Origin: a virus | Virus genome (UHGV): UHGV-0248752 | Strand: one strand, 5' to 3' | DNA: 36,228 nucleotides | Shown here: positions 16,953-25,272 of the stretch, piece after piece | Layout: every line of letters starts with the position of its first letter | Position numbering within the stretch: the stretch's first letter is position 1 | Notes under the pieces: model-generated | The model's database searches: none | What the model saw: the letters and a program-made list of their open reading frames with translations, nothing else | Told to the model about the DNA's origin: nothing | Made by a program: the position numbers and the translations under genes

Positions 16953-18267
16953 TTTAGGTTATGCCGCCACGCTTCCCTCAAAAGAGGCGGTAGCATACTT
17001 CCGTGTCAAAGGGGCGCATATCAGCTGGAACTGGTTCGAAACAGCCGCGGATGTTCATGCCCGCTCATTCACGGCAGCAAAAGCGGCACGCCTGGATGTG
17101 GTGACCACGTTACAGGCCGAAGTGCAGCGGGCCATTGATGAGGGAATTTCACAGAAAGCATTTATCCGCACGCTGACGCCACGCCTGCAAAAGCTGGGAT
17201 GGTGGGGAAAGCAGATTGTGGTGGACAGCGACGGTAACGCGGAAGAAGTGCAACTGGGCAGTCCCCGTCGTCTGGCGCTGATTTACAACGTGAACACCCG
17301 TGTGGCTTACAATGCCGGGCGTTACACGCAGATGATGAACAACACGGACACGCATCCGTTCTGGCAGTATGTGGCGGTCATGGACAGCCGTACCCGCCCG
17401 TCGCATTCCGCCCTTAACGGTCTGGTATTCCGCTATGACGATCCGTTCTGGAAAACACACTACCCACCTAATGGCTGGAACTGCCGCTGCCGTGTGCGGC
17501 CATTGTCTCAGGCTCGTCTGGATGCAATGGGGTTATCCGTTTCATCCGGTGAGGATCATCTCTCCACCCGCAATGTTGAGGCTGGCGTGGATAAACAGAC
17601 CGGAGAAGTCAGAGAAATGCCGGTGACCACATATTCAGATGGCACCAGAACCATGACACCGGATGTGGGCTGGTCATATAACCCCGGCTCGGCAGCGTTC
17701 GGCACAGACCAGGCGCTGATCCGCAAACTGATCGAGGTGAAAAGCCCGGCGTTACGGGAAATGGTGGTTCAGGAGATGAACAACAGCCCGGAGCGGCAGC
17801 TGGCGTTCCGCATCTGGGCAAAAAACATCATGCAGACCCGGCGAGGTGGTAACGATATCCGCACGCTGGGCTTTATGACTGAAAGCATTGCGCAGGCAGT
17901 GGAAAGCCGGACGGGAACGCCACCGGCCCGCCTGCTGGCGATGAGCGGTAAAAATGTGCTCCATGCAGACAGTGTGAAACATCAGAATGACGGCATCGCC
18001 CTGATGCCAGAGGACTTCGGGCGCTTACCGGCAATGCTGGCAAAGCCAAAAGCGGTGCTGTGGGACAAACGGCACAAAAATCTGATGTATATCGTGGAAA
18101 ATAAGGATGGCAGTGTGCAGATTGCCGTTAATGCACCGTACAGTCTGAAACGTCAGCCCGACAAACTGGATGTGATTGTGAATGCTTACCGGGTTATCAA
18201 TATGGATAAGCTGAAATCGGATATCCGGGGCGGAATGCTTGAGGTGCTGGAAGGACAAATTGATTAA
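16936..18267 (+). CDS. Head morphogenesis protein (Mu F / gp30-like)
   Basis: 443 aa. Contains the Mu F-type motif PFWQYVAVMDSRTRPSHSALNGLVFRYDDPFW...NGWNCRCRV. Confidence 0.85.
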   Translation: MTQGIDLGYAATLPSKEAVAYFRVKGAHISWNWFETAADVHARSFTAAKAARLDVVTTLQAEVQRAIDEGISQKAFIRTLTPRLQKLGWWGKQIVVDSDGNAEEVQLGSPRRLALIYNVNTRVAYNAGRYTQMMNNTDTHPFWQYVAVMDSRTRPSHSALNGLVFRYDDPFWKTHYPPNGWNCRCRVRPLSQARLDAMGLSVSSGEDHLSTRNVEAGVDKQTGEVREMPVTTYSDGTRTMTPDVGWSYNPGSAAFGTDQALIRKLIEVKSPALREMVVQEMNNSPERQLAFRIWAKNIMQTRRGGNDIRTLGFMTESIAQAVESRTGTPPARLLAMSGKNVLHADSVKHQNDGIALMPEDFGRLPAMLAKPKAVLWDKRHKNLMYIVENKDGSVQIAVNAPYSLKRQPDKLDVIVNAYRVINMDKLKSDIRGGMLEVLEGQID

Positions 18268-18388
18268 CGGTCAGTGGCGGGGGTCGAACCCGCATACATG
18301 ATCCACCCGGAGGCAGGCACCGACTTTACCAGTTAAGCGTACACTGACCGCCTGTTTATTTTATATTCATCCTTTATGCGGAGGCAAT

Positions 18389-18862
18389 ATGTCATCCATT
18401 GATGCCGCTGTCGTTGTTGACGTTACGCGTCTCCAGCGGGTGTTTGCCCGGCTTCAGTTTGTGGGCGGCGGAAAAGACCTGGCCCGCAGTGTGGCGGAGA
18501 GTCTTCTGTCATCGTCAGAAATGGCGTTTGAACAGGAAAAAGAGCCGGACGGCGAACGCTGGCATGACTGGTCAGATCCTTACCGCAAGTGGCGTACCCG
18601 TAAGGGATACACGCCCGGCAAAATCCTGACACTGAACGGCGATCTGGCCCGCCGCCTGACCACGGATTATGGCGATACCTGGGCGCTGATTGGATCAAAT
18701 GAACCTTATGCGGCCATTCATCAGTGGGGTGGCCTGCCTGGTATGCCACCGGGACCGGCGGCCATTGGCGCACGTCCGTATATGGGCTTTGATCAGGTGG
18801 CAGAACAGGAGATCATGGACGAAATCAGAAAACGCTTTAAAAAGGCCACAGAAACGCCGTAA
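18389..18862 (+). CDS. Virion morphogenesis protein (Mu G-like)
   Basis: 157 aa, located between the F-like gene and the protease/scaffold gene, as Mu G is. Confidence 0.65.
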   Translation: MSSIDAAVVVDVTRLQRVFARLQFVGGGKDLARSVAESLLSSSEMAFEQEKEPDGERWHDWSDPYRKWRTRKGYTPGKILTLNGDLARRLTTDYGDTWALIGSNEPYAAIHQWGGLPGMPPGPAAIGARPYMGFDQVAEQEIMDEIRKRFKKATETP

Positions 18863-19039
18863 TGGTTTAAGGTATACAAACGCATTACCTTACCCTCTTC
18901 AGGCGCGTGTCGTGATTTTCTAACCTGTATTTAACGGGCTTTAAAATCTGCGTGAAGCGCCTTTCTCATTTTTCCCCTGTCAGCACTTTCTGAAGTCCCG
19001 CAAAACCGGCCCCGAAAAACACCGGCTTATGCTGCCGGA
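18863..19039 (+). promoter_or_regulatory. Candidate late promoter region upstream of the protease/scaffold gene
   Basis: 177-bp non-coding gap inside an otherwise tightly packed late region, analogous to Mu PI. Positional inference only. Confidence 0.3.
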
Positions 19040-20164
19040 ATGAAGACGAAAAACACGCCCAAACTTGCTTATGCCATTCTGAATGCCATCAGCCTGTCCG
19101 CAGACGGGGACGGTGACTGGTGTCAGATCATGCCAGCCGGTCGGGTAAAGGCCCGTGACGGTCGCCCGGAAAAACCGGCGGAAGGCTGGCTGATTAACCA
19201 TGCGGCCGTTGAGCGCATGGTATCCCGGGTTGTGGCGCTCAATCAGCCGGTAAAAATTGACTACAACCACCAGACCCTGATTAAGGGGCATCCGGCACCG
19301 GCTGCCGGTTTTGTCATGGCCTCACCGGAAAACTTCCGCTTCAGTGAAGAGCGGGGTTTTGAAGTGCGTCCGGACTGGAACCCTCCGGCCATTGAACACC
19401 TGCGCAATAACGAATTTCCCTGGTTTTCCCCGGTGATTGGTTATGACGAAATCACCGGTGAACCTGTTGAGCTTCGGATGCTGGCTATTACCGGTGACCC
19501 CGGTCTGACTGGCATGAATCCTGTCGCCGCACTGTCGGCGGATGACCTTTATAACGCCTTAAACCCTCCTTTAAAGGACACCTCCATGAATGAGCAATTA
19601 CGCCAGTTGCTGACGGCGCTCGGTCTGACCGTGGCCGACGGTGACGAATTTACACCGGAACTGGGCACGGCGGCGCTGTCTGCCCTTACCGGGATCAAAA
19701 CCCGTGCGGATGCGCACGACACCCTGAAAACGCAGGTTGCCAGCCTGTCGGCAGAGCTGGAAACCGCAAAAGGCACACCAACTGGCGGCACTATTGATCT
19801 GACGAAATACGTGCCCGTTGAGACGTATAACGCCCTGCGTACCGAATATGTCGCGTTGTCGGCACAACACGGCAGCACCACGCTGGAGCAGTTGCTGGAT
19901 AAGGCCGAGTCCGAAGGACGCATTTTCAAAAGCGAACGCGGATACATGGAAGGACTCGGACAACAGATTGGTGTTGCGGCACTTTCTGCACAGCTTGACG
20001 CCCGCCAGCCGGTTGCGGCTCTGACCACTCTTCAGACCGACACCGTAACCGTGCCGGATAAAAAGACCGCCACCGCTGCGCTGTCGGCTGAAGATATCGC
20101 CGCCGCCCATCTGCTGGGTAAAACCGAAGCCGAGTTCCTGAAAATGAAAGAGGAAATGCAATAA
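19040..20164 (+). CDS. Head maturation protease / scaffold (Mu I-like)
   Basis: 374 aa immediately upstream of the major capsid gene. Ala-rich, helical C-terminal half consistent with a scaffold domain. Confidence 0.75.
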   Translation: MKTKNTPKLAYAILNAISLSADGDGDWCQIMPAGRVKARDGRPEKPAEGWLINHAAVERMVSRVVALNQPVKIDYNHQTLIKGHPAPAAGFVMASPENFRFSEERGFEVRPDWNPPAIEHLRNNEFPWFSPVIGYDEITGEPVELRMLAITGDPGLTGMNPVAALSADDLYNALNPPLKDTSMNEQLRQLLTALGLTVADGDEFTPELGTAALSALTGIKTRADAHDTLKTQVASLSAELETAKGTPTGGTIDLTKYVPVETYNALRTEYVALSAQHGSTTLEQLLDKAESEGRIFKSERGYMEGLGQQIGVAALSAQLDARQPVAALTTLQTDTVTVPDKKTATAALSAEDIAAAHLLGKTEAEFLKMKEEMQ

Positions 20165-21111
20165 TGCCTACCCCGATCACACCGGCGATGATCACCGCCC
20201 TGATGACGGGCTACCGTTCTGATTTTCAGGCCGGGATGTCCATGGCTCCGTCTCAGTACCAGAAAATTGCGATGACCGTACCGTCCACGTCGAAATCCAA
20301 CACCTACGGCTGGCTGGGGCAGTTCCCGCAGTTCCGTGAGTGGATCGGCTCCCGCGTCATCGAGAAGATGAAAGCCTATGGCTACGCCATCGTGAACAAA
20401 ACCTTTGAAGGCACCGTTGCCATTAGCCGCGATGACTTTGAAGACGACAATCTTGGCATCTACTCCCCGTTGTTCCAGGAGATGGGGCGCGCTGCGGCGG
20501 CACAACCGGATGAACTGGTCTTTGCTGCACTGCGTGATGGTCTGAATGCGGCCTGCTATGACGGCCAGAACTTCTTTGATACCGAACACCCTGTTTACCC
20601 CAAAGTGGATGGCTCCGGTGATGCACAGATGGTCAGCAATATGTTTGTGGCAAAAACCGGCTCTGTCGGTGCACAGGCGGATTACAGCGGCCCGGCCTGG
20701 TATCTGCTTGACTGCTCCCGCGCGGTAAAACCGCTGATTTATCAGGATCGCCGCAAGGCCGAACTGGTTGCCCAGACAAAAGTCGATGAAGGCCGTGCGT
20801 TTACTGATAACGAGTTTGTGTTCGGTGCTTCCGCCCGTCGCAATGTGGGCTACGGCTTCTGGCAGATGGCCTACATGATGCAGTCACCGCTGACGCTGGA
20901 TGCGCTGTGGCACGGCTGGTCAGCCATGCGTGACTTTAAGGCTGACGGTGGCCGCAAACTCGGCATCAAACCCACCCATATTGTTGTCCCCACCTCGCTG
21001 GAAAAACAGGCGGTGCAGCTGCTGGAGCGCGAGCTGTTCGCGGACGGTAACACCACCGTCTCTAACGAGATGAAGGGCAAGCTGGAGCTGGTTGTCGCGG
21101 ATTATCTGTAA
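20164..21111 (+). CDS. Major capsid protein (Mu T-like)
   Basis: 315 aa, start overlapping the protease stop. Size and position match the Mu major head subunit. Confidence 0.85.
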   Translation: MPTPITPAMITALMTGYRSDFQAGMSMAPSQYQKIAMTVPSTSKSNTYGWLGQFPQFREWIGSRVIEKMKAYGYAIVNKTFEGTVAISRDDFEDDNLGIYSPLFQEMGRAAAAQPDELVFAALRDGLNAACYDGQNFFDTEHPVYPKVDGSGDAQMVSNMFVAKTGSVGAQADYSGPAWYLLDCSRAVKPLIYQDRRKAELVAQTKVDEGRAFTDNEFVFGASARRNVGYGFWQMAYMMQSPLTLDALWHGWSAMRDFKADGGRKLGIKPTHIVVPTSLEKQAVQLLERELFADGNTTVSNEMKGKLELVVADYL

Positions 21112-21154
21112 ACGGTGAGCCGGGCTTACGGCCCGGCCCCTGCGGAGGGCAAAT

Positions 21155-21508
21155 ATGAATGAACATCACACTGTGGCAGCAACAGATGATTCAGGCCTTC
21201 AGGTCAGTGGTGACAGTCCTGTCACGGTACTGGCAGAAGTGCGTTGCAGTCGTGCGCAGTTTCGTCGTGCGGGGTTCCTGTTCATGCGGGGACGCCAGCA
21301 GGTTGACGTCACCCCGGAGCAGCTTGCCCGACTGGAAGCGGAGCCATGCCTCACTGTACGAATACTACAGACGCCTGGTGATGATGCGGGAGCCGTGGCG
21401 GGTGTGGTTCATGCAGAGACCGGTGCAGATTTAGCCGAAGCCGGACAGGATGCTCCCCGGAAAAAGACCGGCAATAACGCCAGACAGGCGAAAAAGGCTC
21501 GCGCATGA
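21155..21508 (+). CDS. Hypothetical head-region protein
   Basis: 117-aa ORF between the capsid gene and the gp36-like gene. No recognisable motif. Confidence 0.5.
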   Translation: MNEHHTVAATDDSGLQVSGDSPVTVLAEVRCSRAQFRRAGFLFMRGRQQVDVTPEQLARLEAEPCLTVRILQTPGDDAGAVAGVVHAETGADLAEAGQDAPRKKTGNNARQAKKARA

Positions 21509-21924
21509 ATTACGCCACCGAAACCGATATGCGGGCACGTTACCGCGAGGATTTGCTCAGGCCATTACTGGCCGTGCCCCGTTCGGATGAGCCGGACGCG
21601 CGCAAGCTGAACCGGGCACTGACGGACGCGTCTGCCCTTATCGACAGTTACCTGTCTGCCCGTTACACGCTGCCGCTGGCGGTGGTTCCGGCGGTCCTTG
21701 TTCAGCATTGCTGCACGATTGCCTTTTATTACCTGTGCGATCAGCGGGCATCCGATCAGGCGCGTGACCGTTACCGTGAGGCGCTGGCCTGGCTGAAAGA
21801 TGTCATGAACGGTAACGTGCCGGTCGGCGTGGATACAGACGGTGCGGCCCCTGAATCCGGGGATTTACCGCAGGTGCAGTCTGATGCGGCGGTGTTCGGG
21901 CGCAACCAGAAGGGCTTTATATGA
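21505..21924 (+). CDS. Head-tail joining protein (Mu gp36-like)
   Basis: 139 aa, translationally coupled to its neighbours, in the Mu gp36 position. Confidence 0.65.
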   Translation: MNYATETDMRARYREDLLRPLLAVPRSDEPDARKLNRALTDASALIDSYLSARYTLPLAVVPAVLVQHCCTIAFYYLCDQRASDQARDRYREALAWLKDVMNGNVPVGVDTDGAAPESGDLPQVQSDAAVFGRNQKGFI

Positions 21925-22484
21925 TTACGGAAACCGAGCAAGCGTACATCGCCCGTATCCGTGAGTATTTCGGGAATGAACTGGTGTCAGTTGACACGCA
22001 TCCCGGCGACTGGAGCGACAGTGTGCTGCGCACCATGCTGATTAGCGCCCCGGCGATCTACGTTGCCTGGCTGGGTGCCGGTGAAGGCCGTACCCGTGGG
22101 CGTCTGGTCAGCCACTGGGTGTTCTACGTCATCGGCGACATGCTCAATGGCCGTGAGGTCAGCCGTCCCGGGCTTTATCAGATTGTGGCCCGCCTGATTA
22201 CCGTGCTGGACGGCTTCAGAACCGAAAAAACCTCACCGCTTTACTTTGAAAAGGCGGTCAACGGTTACACCGAAACGCAGGCCGACAGTGGCGCGGTGAT
22301 GTATGCGCTTTATTTCTCCTGCGAGGAAATGATCGCACCGCTGACTGATATCAGCTCGCTGGATGATTTCCTGCGCCATTACGAAACCTTCACCGAACCG
22401 GAAGGCACACCGGAATTTAAGGCGCACATCAGCCTGCCAGGTGCAACCGCCGCCGGTGAAAAAGCCGGACCGTCAGAGGAATAA
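21921..22484 (+). CDS. Head-tail joining / neck protein (Mu gp37-like)
   Basis: 187 aa, translationally coupled, in the Mu gp37 position. Confidence 0.65.
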   Translation: MITETEQAYIARIREYFGNELVSVDTHPGDWSDSVLRTMLISAPAIYVAWLGAGEGRTRGRLVSHWVFYVIGDMLNGREVSRPGLYQIVARLITVLDGFRTEKTSPLYFEKAVNGYTETQADSGAVMYALYFSCEEMIAPLTDISSLDDFLRHYETFTEPEGTPEFKAHISLPGATAAGEKAGPSEE

Positions 22485-22487
22485 CAG

Positions 22488-22775
22488 ATGACAACCATTT
22501 TTATCAAACCCGCGCCGGGATGCCTGATCCGCGATCCGGACACCATGAAACCGCTGGCGCAGGAGGGAGAGGAAAAACCCTTCACCCCGTTCTGGTGCCG
22601 CCGTCTTAATGACGGGGACGTCATTGTGGTGGAAAAAGCGGCTGAAGCAGCACCGGCAGCAGCGTCTGCAACGACTGATGCCGCCGGAAAACCCGCGGGA
22701 GCGGCAGCAGAAAAACCTGCGACTGAAAAACCCGCGACTGAAAAACCCGCAGCATCAGACAAGGGGACGTCCTGA
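22488..22775 (+). CDS. Small protein with Ala/Pro/Glu/Lys-rich repetitive C-terminus (Mu gp38 position)
   Basis: 95 aa. C-terminus contains the tandem repeats EKPAT-EKPAT-EKPAA. Lies directly before the tail sheath gene. Confidence 0.6.
   Translation: MTTIFIKPAPGCLIRDPDTMKPLAQEGEEKPFTPFWCRRLNDGDVIVVEKAAEAAPAAASATTDAAGKPAGAAAEKPATEKPATEKPAASDKGTS
22710..22754 (+). repeat. Three tandem 15-bp repeats (gaaaaacc-Y-gcgact) encoding EKPAT
   Basis: Direct tandem copies at 22710-22724, 22725-22739 and 22740-22754, inside the 22488-22775 CDS. Confidence 0.8.
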
Positions 22776-24277
22776 TGATTAACTTTGATTATATCGGCGA
22801 TAACAATCGCATTCCGCTGGTACAGATTGAAATCAATAATTCAATGGCCGTGACCGGCACTCCACCACAGCGTCAGGCGGTACTGTTGTTTGGTCAGGCT
22901 GCAATGAAAGACACCACCATTCAGGGGCGCGGTCAGCTTGATGTACCAGTACGTATTACCCGAGCTTCACAAGCAAGAGAACTCTGGGGGCGAGGTTCCA
23001 TGATTGCACTGATGGTAGAGGAATTTATCGCCATTAACCCTGACACAGAGTTATATGCCATTGCACAGGGGGCTGGAACAGGTCAGTCCAGGGCATGCGT
23101 GATGAATATCATTGGAACAGCATTGGCAGACGGGGTGTTAAGTGTTTACATCGGCGGTCGCCGTTACCTCCTGCCCGTCAGTAAGGGGAAAAAAGGTAAA
23201 GAGCTTGTGGAAGAGCTGGCTAAGGTCATTAACGCTGACACTGATGCGCCATTCACTGCTATCGCAGCTGAAGTCAGTGGTGATAATGCTGAAGGACTTA
23301 AAGGGAGCATGGGGGTTAACGCCCGCTTTATCGGTGAATGCTCAGCTCATGATTTACGGGTGAACTATTATGACGGTGAAACTACACCGGCCGGTCTTAC
23401 GCTGGAGCTCGTCGCGCCAACACAGAAGGCAACAAACCCCGATATCACCCGTAGCGTCTCAGGGATGGGGAATCGTCAGTACAACTACATCGTCATGCCC
23501 TATAAGGATGCGGCAAATCTCAAAATTCTGGCGGATGAACTGCTGAAACGCTGGGGACCGGTAAAAATGTCGGACGGTATGGTCTGGATGGCGCATACCG
23601 GCACCTTCGGTACGGCAACCAGTTTTGGTGAATCCCGTAATGACTTCCTGTTTACCTGCACTTCTATTCCTAAAGCACCAGAGCCGGATTATGTCTGGGC
23701 GGCCTCCATTTGTGCGGTCTGTGCGCCCTCCCTGTCAACGGATCCGGCCCGACCATTACAGACACTGGCGCTGCCTGCCCGTATGGCACCTGAAGCACCG
23801 GCTCGTCTGACGCGGGAAGAGCGAAACAGCCTGCTTTATACCGGCATGTCCACGGTGACCGTTGCGGCCGCTGATGTGGTGCAGATTGAACGTCAGGTGA
23901 CGATGTACCGTCAGAATGCATACGGCGAAAGCGATCCCAGCTATCTGGATGTAGAAACCATCTACACCCTGTCATATCTGCGTTATTCCCTGCGCACCTT
24001 TATCACGCAGCGTTTCCCGCGCCACAAACTGGCCGATAACGGTACTCCCGTCCGGCCCGGTCAGAATATCGTGACGCCGGAGATTATGACGCTCCAGCTG
24101 ATTGCACTGGGGGAAGAATGGGTGGAACTCGGGCTGGTCGAAAATCTGGACACCTTTAAAAAGAATCTGCTCGTGGAGCGCAACACAAAAGACCGTAACC
24201 GTCTGGATGTGATGTGTACACCGGATCTGGTTAACCAGTTCCGCTTCATGGCCGCGCAGATCCGTTTCATTTTGTGA
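22775..24277 (+). CDS. Contractile tail sheath protein (Mu L-like)
   Basis: 500 aa immediately upstream of the tube gene. Size and order typical of a myovirus sheath. Confidence 0.85.
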   Translation: MINFDYIGDNNRIPLVQIEINNSMAVTGTPPQRQAVLLFGQAAMKDTTIQGRGQLDVPVRITRASQARELWGRGSMIALMVEEFIAINPDTELYAIAQGAGTGQSRACVMNIIGTALADGVLSVYIGGRRYLLPVSKGKKGKELVEELAKVINADTDAPFTAIAAEVSGDNAEGLKGSMGVNARFIGECSAHDLRVNYYDGETTPAGLTLELVAPTQKATNPDITRSVSGMGNRQYNYIVMPYKDAANLKILADELLKRWGPVKMSDGMVWMAHTGTFGTATSFGESRNDFLFTCTSIPKAPEPDYVWAASICAVCAPSLSTDPARPLQTLALPARMAPEAPARLTREERNSLLYTGMSTVTVAAADVVQIERQVTMYRQNAYGESDPSYLDVETIYTLSYLRYSLRTFITQRFPRHKLADNGTPVRPGQNIVTPEIMTLQLIALGEEWVELGLVENLDTFKKNLLVERNTKDRNRLDVMCTPDLVNQFRFMAAQIRFIL

Positions 24278-24285
24278 GGTAAGGC

Positions 24286-24651
24286 ATGAGCGGAAAACAG
24301 CATCAGGGCACGGCCACCATCCGTGTGAACGGACAGGAGTACGCCACCCTTGAGGGAGCCACGTTCTCCCCGTCCGGCTTTGAGCGTGAAGTGGTGAAAG
24401 GCGCGAAAGTCTATGGCTATCGTGAGAAACCCCGTGAGGCGACGCTGGACTGTAAATTTCCGGCTGGCGGAGAAGGTTCACCGGCTGCCGATGAAATCAA
24501 CACCTGGACTGCGGTCACGATTGAGTTCGTGGCCGATACCGGTGAAGTCCATATGATGACGAAGGCCTGGAGCAGTGAACCGGCCTCGCTTGACGGTGGC
24601 GGTGATATCTCCGCGAAGTTCGCCAGCGCCACCAGTACCCGTGTCCAGTAA
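24286..24651 (+). CDS. Tail tube protein (Mu M-like)
   Basis: 121 aa following the sheath gene. Size and position typical. Confidence 0.8.
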   Translation: MSGKQHQGTATIRVNGQEYATLEGATFSPSGFEREVVKGAKVYGYREKPREATLDCKFPAGGEGSPAADEINTWTAVTIEFVADTGEVHMMTKAWSSEPASLDGGGDISAKFASATSTRVQ

Positions 24652-24665
24652 TCAGGAAAAATGCA

Positions 24666-25145
24666 ATGACCACACGTAAGAAAAAAACGGCGGTTTCTGA
24701 CGAGGCCGTGATGGAGGCTATCCGGGATGTACTTGAAGACGGCGATCCCCGCACCGCCGGGCTGGCTGAACAGCTGGCGAACGGCTATGTGGATCTGCTC
24801 GACGGTCTGCCGTTCGGGGAATCCCGTGAATACCGCGTCACCTTCCGCGAACTGACGGCGAAAGACAGCATTGACGCGGAAACCGAGGCCGAGCGTCTTA
24901 TGGAAACCCGAAATGGCGGCCCGGTTCTGATAGCCTCGCCGGCACTGCGCGGCATTGCACTGCTGCGCCGTCAGATTGCCGCTGTTGGCCAGATTGAGGG
25001 GCCATTGTCTCCGCGTCAGATCGGACAGCTCAGCGAGCGCGATCTCTCCCGTCTGATGGCGGCGGTAAGCCTGCTTGATTCCGCGATGGCAGGAAAGCTG
25101 GTCGCTGAACGGGGGCGACCAGATGCAGTGCCGGGATCAGATTGA
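24666..25145 (+). CDS. Tail assembly chaperone (upstream ORF of a putative frameshift pair)
   Basis: 159 aa between the tube and tape measure genes. Overlaps a second open frame (25069-25269) that ends 3 bp before the tape measure start. Confidence 0.7.
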   Translation: MTTRKKKTAVSDEAVMEAIRDVLEDGDPRTAGLAEQLANGYVDLLDGLPFGESREYRVTFRELTAKDSIDAETEAERLMETRNGGPVLIASPALRGIALLRRQIAAVGQIEGPLSPRQIGQLSERDLSRLMAAVSLLDSAMAGKLVAERGRPDAVPGSD

Positions 25146-25269
25146 AGAAGCCGCAATTGTGCTGGGGATGGTGACAAAAAGCGGCCCGGAGTGGGCGCTT
25201 AACCTCCCCTTATCGCAGCTTTACCGGCACTGCCGACAGACCGAAAAAATTCTCAGAACGAAGCAGTAA
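25069..25269 (+). CDS. Tail assembly chaperone extension (overlapping alternative frame)
   Basis: Frame +1 relative to 24666-25145, open from 25069 to the stop at 25267-25269, with a 77-bp overlap. Track start at 25075 is a TTG. Same arrangement as the conserved chaperone frameshift pair upstream of tape measure genes. Confidence 0.45.
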   Translation, partial: ACLIPRWQESWSLNGGDQMQCRDQIEEAAIVLGMVTKSGPEWALNLPLSQLYRHCRQTEKILRTKQ

Positions 25270-25272
25270 CCC

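Noticed and set aside
18268-18350. Possible tRNA gene on the minus strand
   Set aside because: Only the T-arm and an acceptor-like stem can be drawn. No acceptable anticodon arm or D-arm, a 9-bp rather than 7-bp closing stem, and no encoded CCA. Kept as a structured element only.
19549-20589. Minus-strand ORFs of 159-187 aa antisense to the protease/scaffold and capsid genes
   Set aside because: Shadow ORFs within strongly supported structural genes. Compositionally biased and without translation signals.
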